In this document: positions 11,436 through 23,100 of the stretch, piece by piece
Position numbering within the stretch: position 1 is the first letter of the stretch
Layout: the number at the start of each line of letters is the position of its first letter
Origin: Leucoraja erinacea
Taxonomy: Eukaryota
Length of the DNA: 64,000 bases
NCBI RefSeq assembly: GCF_028641065.1
Contig: NC_073393.1
Span: forward strand, 19,964,001-20,028,000
Direction: 5' to 3'
Position numbers and translations under genes: made by a program
The notes under the pieces: model-generated
The model's database searches: none
The model's input: the letters and a program-made list of their open reading frames with translations, nothing else
Told to the model about the DNA's origin: nothing

Positions 11436-14107
11436 CACTCCAAGGATTTGAATCTGGCTTGGCATCAAGCGTCTACCCTATGAACTAAACATGTCTACTC
11501 AACAGACCTGTTTTCCAATGCCGAGGAGCTCGTTTTGAACCTCACAAACGCTCAAGACATACCCTTCAGATTTAAATTTTGCATCCATCTTAAAGTGTTT
11601 TTCGCCTGCTTTTTTTATTATTGTGAACCTTTTCCTACAGATCGCCATCACCGACGGATTCTGGACCGCGCTCCAAGCCTAACTGTTGGCGCCTTCTGCC
11701 GTCAAACTACATGGGAGAGATGTGCATATCACCTTCCGACGATCTTGGCTGCCAGATCAACATGGGGCAAAAGGCAGGTTCCGGGGGTGCTGAGGTACCA
11801 TATGCTGCTGCTCCGCCCACGGGCTGAACCCCCCGCCCCCTGCCTGCCAATCCCGATGACCCAGCCTGCAGCCCCATGGTCCAACTATTTGGCCCCTGAC
11901 CCTCCACCCCCCCCCCCCGTTTCCCCCCACCAGCAGGCTTTCATTTCCCCAAAAGAAGGTGATCACACGCAGACTCCTCAGATTCTTCGATCTGCAGCGT
12001 CCAACTGTGGTTACGTGCGACGCTTCCCCTAGGTGCTGCCTGCCTGCAGCTCTATGATGATCCCTCGTGCATAAATCCTCCTAACCATTACAGACAAGGA
12101 CAGCGCCGCCTCAAATAGAAAAAGAGCTTCGTACGGTTGTGTTCGCCTGCCCAAGTTCAAGATTATCTCCCCCTGACAGCCCTGTGACAGTTCAATTGCA
12201 CCCGAACTAGCATCCGTTTTATATAGGTCCCTAGTTGCCTAGTAAGAAAACCCGCAACGATCCTATCCTTTTATGCCCATCCACCTACACCAGGGCCACC
12301 GGCAATAACCTTAAACCAGTATTCCCTTGGATTATTCTGCTATTCCTATCGCGTACCGTTTTAATCATCAAGGGTAACCCGAGATCGCAACTGCCCATCC
12401 TGGAGGTCTGTCTTGCCCAAGAACAATTTTTTTTTGGGATCGTCTCTCCCCAAAGTTACATTAAGGCCCGTGTAGCCAGGGTCCTGATTAACCACTCTGC
12501 CCCAACTTCACAGCGAATACCCTGCCCTGACACCCCTCCCTGAATTCTTCGTCTTGTTGCAGGCCTCTCGTGGCCCTTTGCCGTCCACATAAATGGCATT
12601 AAGCTACGATATGGCTTCAGACCAACAAGTCGGCCGTCAGTTCACACAGTGCAGATAAGCTCGCTTTGTCTTCACTCACACCAGCTCCCCGGAATCCGTG
12701 TTTGCTGTCCACTCGTGGCATTCCGGGTAACAAACCAGGGGGGGACAATACCAGCACAGTCTGAGTCACCGCGTTGTCTTCGCCCACCGATGCCGATCGC
12801 CCAGCAAGCCCTAGTGCCCAAGCCTCCTCCAGCTGCTGCCGTCCAGCAACTATCTCTTGCACGAAACACAGCGCCGCCTCCCAATACTCCTGCCGCCCTC
12901 CTATCACCATGCTGACCAGGTCATCCGCTTGCAGACAGTCCTCCTCCCTCGGCAATCTGGTTGGGGTGGACTTTTTGCACCCTTGGTGGACTTTGAAACT
13001 TCTACCGCCGTAGCCTCTCAGCCTCTTTCTCCACCGTTCGTTTCAACTCGTCTTTGCGCGTGTCGAGCCTACCATTATAAACAATAATGTAGCTACCTCA
13101 ACACCACTAACCACGCCCAGTCATACCAGTATAACTGTGATATCTTCCCCTTGTTCCTCCCTTTTGGTTCCAGTACGCCTGAAGACTAGATGCAGTCAGT
13201 GCTGGGACGTGTGTAACATGTGCTTTAATAAAAGACTCAGTAAAGGTCACAGTGTGTCAGACTGGACTCCTTTACAGTTCACGTCTATCACATAGTCACC
13301 AACTGATGTCAATGAGGAAGCTTTATGATTACTGTTTAGATTGGCACAGTGATGTAGTGAGGCGGGAGATGCGTGCAGCTTACAGGTGCGTTACCTCAAC
13401 TCTGGAAGCCACGGTTAAAAGATGGCCGCCCGTGGGTTTTTTTCCCCGTTCTCCATTTGACCACGTCATGAGGTCATAAGCGATACGAGCAGAATTAGGC
13501 CATATGGCCCATTAAGTACATTCAATCATGGCTGATTATTCTTTCCTGTTAACCCAATTCTACCCATAACCTCTGACACCTGTATTATTCAAGAACTAAT
13601 CTCTGGCACCTGTACTAACCACGTGCTACGTTAATTCACATATATCGAAAAAGTGAGAGTCGATAGGATAATTGAATAAGGTGTCGCGTTGTGTTGGTGG
13701 GTGATGGAACGGGAGAGTGAATTGATATGGATTTTGAGAGAATAAACCGGTATTAATGTACGACCTTGCTTGACACACGAGGTCGTTGGACCAAACAAAC
13801 TGCGACGCCAGGTATTATTTTGTGACAGTGCATAGAAACGGACGAAATTAAACAGTTCTGCGTACTGATACAACAGTCCAGTTCAACCCTCTTGTTCAAT
13901 CCATAGACGCCAAACGGCAATATATCCATAATGGATTTTAATGCAAGTAGTTTAATTTAATTAATGTGATTATTCTAATTAAATACCTTTGTTAAATTGC
14001 GGTCATTTCAAATGCGACCACATCATTCCGAATTGCAATTCGAAGTTGAGAACAGTTAAAACTCACTTTAACATTACAATTTGAAGAATAACCGTGCAAC
14101 CAATATG

Positions 14108-14994
14108 TAGGTATGTTACAAAACCTACCTGAATCGTGGCTGAGCATCTGCCCCACCCCTTGTGTGTGATTTTGGAGCTGTTTGGAGGGGGCGGGTTTAA
14201 AACCCGATTTTACTAGGCTGTTCCAATCGCAGATGTTCAGCCTAGTAAATCATTAACGGAGAATCGCTGCAAGACCCGGTCCCAAAAGCTATTATTAGTT
14301 TTATAGGCCTCGAATAGTAGATATAATAAATTTAAAAGCTGTCGTTCAATTCGCAAGCTTTCGCAGCCCCAGGGTTTTATAAAGCAAACAATTAAAGGTA
14401 TGTACCTTATTTTTACATTAAATGGGGCATGTATATAACCCTATAATTATAATTATCTATAACGAATAGCTCATTTTGGGCTTTTTATATCCCGCAGTAT
14501 TTTTCTCGGCATTTGAGGGCACTAATCTAGCGCGCTGTCAACATTCTAAACCTGCGCGTTCACAGAAACCCACTAGAAAACCGATTTAAATGGGCATTTA
14601 TTTACAGCAATTGAACACTAAATTCCTTCCATTTGGCCTATAAATTAATGTAAATTAGATATAAAAATCATGTTATATTGTGAATTATTTGTGAATAATC
14701 TTTGGACACTTAGGCTATTTAAAAATGTTAATCTTTCCTTAAGAAATGTGCTTTTGACTATCTAAGATCACAGCTTTTTTGTAATGCCCATTGAAAATCA
14801 ATAGGGAACAAGATGCTAATTTCCGAGTATGAAAATGGTCATAACTTTTTTAATACTTGAGATATGAAAGTGAATTAGGTGTCAAATTAAACTTATTGTT
14901 ATGCTTTATCTGATGGGATAAATTGCAGACTTGATTTCATTTGAATCTCAAAATTTTGATTTCACTTGAATCTCAAAATTTTGTAACATTGCTA
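14108..14994. mobile_element. Non-autonomous DNA transposon (MITE)
   Basis: TIRs TAGGTATGTTACAAAA / TTTTGTAACATTGCTA (14/16 match); direct repeat CAATATG at 14101-14107 and 14995-15001; empty site at ~39675. Confidence 0.85.
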
Positions 14995-15112
14995 CAATAT
15001 GAGCTCGTAATCGAATTAGTTGTGAAACTTTCAACACAATACCTCATAGCATTAACTACACGACGTTTGACAACCTGCAACATGAATTTGAAGATAAATA
15101 TGAACAATGCAG

Positions 15113-16057
15113 TCGGTCGGGGGCGCTGCAAGTCGGCAGCCCTGCCAGCATTCTGTCCGTTTTTTCTACTTTTTTTGTTTATTTTAGTGTGTTTAAATGT
15201 GTGCTTTTGATGTTCCTCTGTGTGTCTTGTGTGGGGGTGGGGAGGTGGGGGGGGGGGGGGGGGGGGGTGGGGGTAAGGGAGAAACCGTTTCGGTCGCCTC
15301 CTCCATGGAGAGGCGACTTTTTCCATGTCGCCTCCCCCGTGGCCTAACATCGAGGATCGGTGCGGCCTTTCCGGGAGACCTGCCCGGGGCTTCAGCCGTG
15401 GGCGCAGCGCGGACTCTCGGCCTGGAGCGGGCGAGCCCTCGCCGGCGCTCGCCGGAGGGGAGCGCTCCGTTCACTGGCGCGCGGCAGCCTGAAGCTGCGG
15501 TCTGCAGAGCTCCAGCTGGCGCGTCGTCCTGGGCCTGGGATCCCTCGACGGGGACCCGGGAGGAGAAGAGCTCCAACCGCCGGACCGCGGCCAACTTCGC
15601 CAGCGGGCGCGGTGGGGACTTACCATCAGGAGCGGGGTCCCTCATCCCTGGACAGGAGCTTCGACCGCCGGCCCCGTGGTCTTCGATGCTTCCTGCTGCG
15701 GCGCAGCGGGAACTTTAAATCTTCGACCGCCGGCCTGTGGCCTACACCAACCTGAAGTCGCGGTCTCCGGTAGGGGAGCACCGATTCAGGACTTACCTGG
15801 ACTTTTTACCTTGTCCGCACATCTGGACGCCCGCAGCGGCGGTTGCGGATGGTTGAGGTCCCGACCACGGAGGACAATGGAGGAGGACTGGCCAAATGTT
15901 GTGCCTTCCACCACAGTGATGAATGCTGTGGTGGATGTTTGTGTTCAATTTTTATTGTGTTTTTGTGTGTTCTTTTTCGTTGTACCGCTGCTGGGAAATT
16001 CATTTCACTTGCACTTTATGTGCAAGTGACCAATAAAACTGATTGGTTGATTGATTG
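15113..16057 (+). mobile_element. GC-rich non-coding retroposon-like insertion with AATAAA and (TTGA)n tail
   Basis: Absent from the paralogous site at ~39790; T-rich/poly-G 5' part, CpG-rich core, simple-repeat tail. Confidence 0.65.
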
Positions 16058-16894
16058 AATGCTTTACATTTACTTACTCTAATTTAATATTGACGTTAAT
16101 CTGTGAGCCTGTCGCCCGTTTAACATCTTAAATATAAGCTTTCCTAAAATGAGGGAAAAATGTACTCGGGAGGTCCGCTTCAGTTCATGTAAGGTCTCGT
16201 AATTAGATTAATATGCAGCCGGTAATGAAGACCTGTTAGTTTACTCGCTTCAGGCGGAGTATAAAAATAAGGACATTTGATTGAGTGAATGAATACGCTC
16301 TCTACATTATTTTACTTTCGTGCGGTTTAATTATTGCCTGACCTGTTCCGGATTGAGCCACGCCTTTAGTTTCCATTCTTCAAAGTCCCTGCAAGTAAGC
16401 GCGTAAATGTTCTGTGATTGCACATGAAGGAGATCATTCTAGCAGATGCAGAGCCACATGATTGACGTATTCTTTCCTTTCAGATCAGAAAATTAATTGC
16501 CTATTTTTTTTTTTGAACTCATCTCAACTTTAGGCGTGTTTCCTCTGCGGATTTTGCATGTAGGTACAGCTTTTTTTTTACAAAAAATAGTTTCAATTTG
16601 TGTTCATGGGTAGCTCATCCCAATTACTAGTATGTGTCAGGTGACATTGAAAGCGAACCACATTAGTGGGTCGAAATTACATTGCCTCGATTGGGGCAAG
16701 GTCATCCTATGAAGGGCTTAATTGAGCCACACGAGATTTCAAGAACAACCCCGCAATTTAATTATCATTAAGACTAAATTATTTTAGGAGGAGGGGGTCT
16801 TATTTGGCATCTTATTTTAATTAGATCCTCTCACGAGGCCGAAAATCGAGAAATGATCGACGTGCGTACTGTTTGATGTCCTCAAATAAAACAG

Positions 16895-16953
16895 CCTTCT
16901 ATTTCCTGACTCCATTTCCGCCTTCAGGCACTCAGCCAAGCCCTATATTAAAA
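16895..16953 (+). promoter_or_regulatory. Putative core promoter of copy B (ETS-like TTTCCT/TTTCCG, TATA-like TATATTAAAA at 16944-16953); conserved at ~45040-45097 in copy C
   Basis: Motifs 125-175 bp upstream of the ATG in both copies; no transcript evidence. Confidence 0.3.
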
Positions 16954-17075
16954 GCAACGCATTTCTCGACCATGTCATGGGGTGGCCGATGTGATGAGGA
17001 GTCAGTGTAGAATATACCGTGACGATTATTAACCAGACCTTCATCTTTCCCAGCCAGGCGTGCTTAGTAGTCGAT

Positions 17076-17130
17076 ATGTTTCTGAAAGTGTCACTTTGGA
17101 CGATGTATTTCCTTGGAATTGTGAATGCGG
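17076..17130 (+). CDS. Copy B signal-peptide exon
   Basis: MFLKVSLWTMYFLGIVNA, donor GCGG|gtaaac, phase 1. Confidence 0.75.
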
Positions 17131-20100
17131 GTAAACTAGGGCTTCTATTGTTTTTTATTTATGTGTCTTCAAATTAGGCAGATATGATGTTGTGCCTTAT
17201 AATGTCATGCCGAATTGTCCATAAAGTCATTGCTGTCGTATGAGTTCTGGGAAGGAGGGTAATTTACGAAACCTTTACGAGGACACAAAAAGCGGGCATG
17301 ATTATTATCTGGGCTTCCATTGTAAATATTTGGGCTGAGTGCAATAAGATTTTTGCCTGCAGTGTTACATTTCCATTGCTGTATATCAATGACTAAACTG
17401 GATTTGCACCATCTATTGACAGCTGCTGAGAACAGGTCGGGCAAGACGATATCGAATGTTGTTCAGAATACGTTGATCAGTGGCATAAACTTTACCTGTC
17501 GGTGTTCCTTCCCCTTCAATGTAAATCTGTCAATCCTGGAGGTTTTCTGGTGGAAAGGTGGAAATAAAGACTTCCTGAAAGAAGATAGCAGGAAAATCTT
17601 CACTATACGGGCAGGAGCCCCCTACCTGCACCTGCTGAATGTCACGGTCTCGGACGCCGGAACATACCATTGTCTTGCAAAACAAGCGGGCCGACCGGTT
17701 GGGACGGGAACAGGAGAGCAACTGATCGTATATGGTGAGTGAGCGGTACTTTAGTTGCTAGACAAAAGTGCTGGAGAAACTCAGCAGGTGCAGCAGCATC
17801 TATGGAGCGAAGGAAATAGGCAACGTTTCGGCCCGAAACGTTGCCTATTTCCTTCGCTCCATTGATGTTGCTGCACCCGCTGAGTTTCTCCAGCACTTTT
17901 GTATACCGTCGATTTTCCAGGATCTGCAGTTCCTTCTTAGGTACTTTAGTTGCAGCTCGAATTTGAATTTTGCTTCTCAGAAGTCTTTAATCCAGAATAC
18001 AAATGTGAATAACGTTGGAAAATTATTCGAGATTGGTTCGTTTGAAAATATAGGTCAGAGGGCATGACAGCAATTATATTTGAGTTGATGTATATTGAAG
18101 GTAGTGAGTGTAAGTTGAACAAATACAACGGTTTCAATTTGACACCGAACGCCGAGGCGGGATCCTACTGATGTTTTCCTAATGATAATGTTATCAACAT
18201 ATAATGCTGTGTATTGAAAGAGCGAGGTTTTTACTTCCACAAAATTATTGAAATATAAATTATATTTCTTGCGCCGAATTAGAAAAACAATAAATGTTAG
18301 TCAAAGCATTCTCTGTAAGACAGTCCAAGTCTGCAACTGTTTATGACTGCTTATATTGGGGAGTTGAAGTATTCACAACAGTACTGTGCCTTTGAAGAGT
18401 TCAAACTTGAAAGTTGATTCGCGCATGTTAGCACAAGAAACAAGTATGCAAATTAGTGCTTTTTTCTTACATTAAATGTCAAGGGAATGCGTCGGGGGGG
18501 GGGGGGGGGGGGGGGAGTCCATTGCGATGAATTACACCTTCATCTGGCTCCCGATTTTAAAATGATGATGGAATTAAGTAACGTTGGAATAAATGCGATT
18601 AGATGATGTAATCGACTCTTCCCCTTTCTTTTAATTCTATTCCTCTTTACCTAGCTGTCCCTTCTCCTCTGAAGATTGTATCTGTTCGATCTAGAAATGC
18701 TGCGACTGATTTCCTGAAAATGCAGTGCAGAACAGCTGCCTTTTACCCGAAAGAATTTAATCTCACCTGGCATAGAAATGGTTCCGTCATCCAATCTGGA
18801 TTTCGGCATGAACAAAGATCAACGGCAGACGGGTTGTATGAAGTTATCAGCTTTTTAGAGGAGAAACGGCCAGTCAAAGAAGGAACCGTTTACACATGTA
18901 AAATTATTCACCGTTCTATGCTAACTCCAGCAACTGCCAACTACACGGTTCCTCGTGCAGGTAACGTGTTCCACGGATAGTATAATGGATAGTCCACTGA
19001 ATAATAATATTCATAGTAAAAATAAAATGTGAGGATTTTTAAAAGACCGAATTTTCTGCAGCAAATGTATTCACCTAGAACTTGTGCAATTTTCCTATTT
19101 TCTGCCAACGTAGATGGACGCTGTACAGTCCATCCAGCCTATGTTGCTTCCCAGAAAAAGTCCATCAATACCCTTCCCGCAATCGATCGCGCACCTGTAA
19201 CCTATTCCCTTTCACGTGATCTACAAGTCCACTCTGATGCCCCCACAAACATCACACCTTCCCGAGAAATAATGTAAAAATAATCAATTAACTCACCAAG
19301 CAGTTCCTTGGTAAAATATCAGAGAATGTGGAATGTACATGCAGACAGTTCCCGAAGCCAGGCCTGAGCTCCGATCACCACTAACTCGGTGAAGGTTTTC
19401 TTTTTGTTTGTTTATGGCTGAAATTGGTAACCAATTGCAACACAGACACAGAGTCTACCTAAAATTAATCTGCGCAAATACCGAAATAAGAAGTACTCCT
19501 CCTCCAATTTGTCTGTGGCCTCACTCTGGTAACGCAGGATGCCCAGAACAAAAAGGTTAGTGTGCGAATGGGAAAGGGATTCTAAATAGTTAGCAAGGGC
19601 GAAATCCAATAGGCCTCGGCAGGAAGTAGCTCCAGCGTATTTGACGATGTATTCGAGACGGAGTTTTGAACAAGCACTGTACCATGTAACCAACACAAAT
19701 GTAGCCAGTAGCTGTGGCTGATGTGAGTGTCTAGCTGCACCTTTAACTTGGAGAAAGTGAGAGGAGTCAAAAGAGAAATTGTTGAGGGTGACGATAAATT
19801 CCTCTAGACACAGGGGATTGTTCGTAGAAAAAAATATCTTTGGTCTCTTTTCAAGGAAGAAACGGAGGCCATGATATTTTCGTGTTCCTAACCACTCTAC
19901 ACCTACTACAGATGTCGGAGGACATTGGGAGAAAGCAGGAGAATGGGGTTAGGAGGGAGAGATAGATCAGCCATGATTGAATTGCGGAGTGGACATGATG
20001 GGCCGAATTGCCTAAATCTACTATTGCTTATGACCTTAATACCCCTCCCCTGCCCTCCCATGCACAGCTCCTCCCAACCCCTCCTCTCTGAAGCCCACTG

Positions 20101-23100
20101 GCCCCCACGCCCGAGCCTGCTTCTGCACCTCTGCTCGTCCCTGACCACAGCCCTCATCCCTGTCGTGTTTTCACCACCCCCTGACCTCCTTAACAATACA
20201 GAGCGGCCAGTCCTCGACAATTAGTGCTACATCCTACACCCGTGGAGAACTCAAATTCACCACTTATTTGCACCCTGCCCTCAAATTCACCTGGACTATC
20301 TCTGATACCGTTCTATGCTTCCCTTCTCTCTCTCTCCATTCACCCACCAGCCTCCGCAATCCTAAACATCAACTTCGGACAGTTCCGTCGCCTCTAACCT
20401 GATCCCACTATTAATCACAAATTTAAATCTCCATGCCTCTCCGCCTTTTGCAGACTGTTCCTCCACAACTATGGTTCATTCATCCCTTTAAACCCAGACC
20501 ACCCCAACCGGAGGTACTTTTCTCTACAACTGCAGGAGATGTAACACCTATCCCCGTGCCTCCTTCCTCGCCTCTATGCACGGACTCCGACATTCTCTCC
20601 ATGTTGGACAGTAGTTCACATGCACCTTCTCTAATCGCATCTACTGCATCCGATGGTCTGGATGCGGGGTCCTGTACAATAGTGTGAAAAGCTGTGGATT
20701 CTGCGACCATTTCGCTGAGCATGCTCAGACCTACTGGATCTCCCAATAGCTAAGTATTTTAATTCCCCTTTTCATACCTATACTGACCTCTCTGTCCGAG
20801 GACCTGCCTTACACAGAGTGGCAAAAGCAAATTCGACGATTTCACTTGTCTAGCATACAAGCCAGCGGCATGAACGTTGAATTCTCTCATTTTAGCAATG
20901 TCCATAAGCACTCACCTCCCTCTCCTCTCCCTCGCTCCCCCCCCCCCCCCCCCCCCCACCCCCCATTTGCCCCTTTTTCCTCTATGGGATTTACGTCCCA
21001 CAATTTGCAACAATGTATCCTTCTTGGGATAACGTCGGCCTATCAGGGAACCTCCCTGCGTGGGGCCATATAGTGCTAGTCCCGATCCCTCGTGTTTTTT
21101 TATTGCTCCACCACCCCCCCCCCCCCCCCCCCCCCCCCCCTATCAGCCTGAAGAAGTGCCCCGACACAAAAAAAGTCTCCTCTCCAATTTCTCCAATTAT
21201 GCTGCCTGACCCGTAGAGTTACGCCAGCATTTTCAGTCCATCTATGAGCACTAACTTGTTGGCTGTTGCATTAATTGGGGACGGTTAGTGGGGAGAAGAC
21301 GTCTATAATGAGTCATCCGGGCCAGCGTCAGTGACATTAACATCTCCTTCGAGATTTGGTGAGCAGAATATATCCAAATTAATGTATTATGTTCTACAAT
21401 TTTCTGTTTCCTGACGGTCAATATCCCACAAGATTCAGTTAAGATCTATTTCACTTGTAATCGCGCTATAAATCGATAATGTTGGCTTTTTCCGCATTCC
21501 ACGCGGTTCTGGTGAAATCCAATGAGTGAACATTTGAAATATCTTGCTATGTTTCCCGCAAAGTCTACTTTAAAATAACGTAATTAAATATAAACATTTG
21601 GTAATCGGTTTAACTTCCCACAGCTGTCGAGGGTTTATCTGCTTCTCTAATCGCTGGAAGTATCGGTGGTGCAGTATTAATTTTAATGTTCATCGTTATC
21701 GTCGTGATGACAATTATATATAGAGGTATGTTTCTCAACCATTTTTTAACATTATCACCCCAGTATAATATTATAACATAATCGTATTGGTAATTACACG
21801 ATTCTCTTGATAATAGAGGAAATGAAACATTTACACGGCCAAAATGTTTGATTATAGTAAACAGCACCGACTTAACGAAGATATTCAATTTTGCATTTGA
21901 CTACTGTTTGATGATCACATATTTTGAATTCTATGTATTATTTCAACACATCATCACATAGCAGCCAGCATGTAATTGTACCTAATGGTCAAGATCTGAA
22001 CATATGTGAATTTTGTGATAAAAATGTGTTCCATTGGTTGAAAGATAGCGCAGAGAAACAGGCCTTTTAACCCATCGCTTCCACGCCGGCCATCGATCAT
22101 CCGTTCACACTAGCTCTACGTTAACCTACTTTCGCAGCCACTCAATACACAGTGGCGGCAATTTACAGAGGTCCATTAACCCGCAAATCCGCACATTCTT
22201 GGGATGTGGGAGTATACTGGAGCAACGGATGAAACCCACGTGGTCACAGGGAGAACGTGCCTCAAACTCCGTATTTACCTGCTGCTCCACTGTGTCGTTC
22301 AACATTTTGGAAAATGCGTGGCACAAACAACGTGGTTTAAGCCTTTATTCATATGTAGTGAAGCCGAATAAAGTGAAACTCTATCGGGCAATTATCACAT
22401 GATATTACGTTCTTGGCGTGCAAAAAAAACACCATGTCGCACGGCCATTTATCACTATTTCCTTTTTTCCGAGCAGGTGCAAAGAAGCGTACAGTAAATA
22501 CAAATCGGACACAAAGTTGGGTAAGGCTAATTTAATATGTGACTATTCCATTTGTGAAGGACAGGATTGTGCCTTTGTTGAAACCAAGCCGTTTTAATGA
22601 GGACCACGTCTTATTCTGTTTGAACGTATTCCCAATCAGTGAAGTTCACAGTACCCTACACAATGGAGGACATAAAGAACAATACAAAATGCATTTACAG
22701 GATTTCGCATTGATTATGAATATCATATATATTGTTTACACCAGATGTAGTGAAAGGAATATTTTCATTGCATCTTACTGTATCTTGTCCAGCCACAGGC
22801 GAGATTCCGGAGTACTGGAGAGTGGCCATGTTGTTTCTTTGCTTAATAAGGGAAGTAGAGGGAATCCAAGGCTCAACCAGTTGTGGCTAAATATAGGTCG
22901 TTTAACCACACCTTAGTGGTTGGTAACCAATTGGAAATACTTCTTCAAGAGAGGATCTACTGACATTAGGAAGAGAATGAACGAATTAGCGACAACCAGC
23001 GCAGCCTAACACGTTTTACTGATGTAATTGTGTTTTCTGAACAGATGACAAAGGAGATCGATGAAGGCAGGGCAGTAGCTGCTGCAAACACGAATCTAAG

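Noticed and set aside
13136-13292. Possible solo LTR (TGTGATA...TATCACA with internal AATAAA)
   Set aside because: Short, with no matching TSD and no internal retroviral sequence; next to the low-quality region.
15193-15755. Overlapping GC-rich ORFs (also 28857-29316 and 33548-34610, including poly-Q and poly-C stretches)
   Set aside because: Stop-poor GC-rich repeat sequence open in several frames, with no domain motifs.
17353-17742. ORF-track starts for the V and C1 ORFs (17353, 244, 18720, 45551, 46550)
   Set aside because: These are exon frames extended into introns or started at internal codons. The real boundaries are the splice sites listed.
17423-18960. Rearranging Ig or TCR locus
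   Set aside because: The V exon already contains its G strand and ends in a splice donor. No heptamer-spacer-nonamer RSS or D/J segments are visible, and the tail is ITIM-type.
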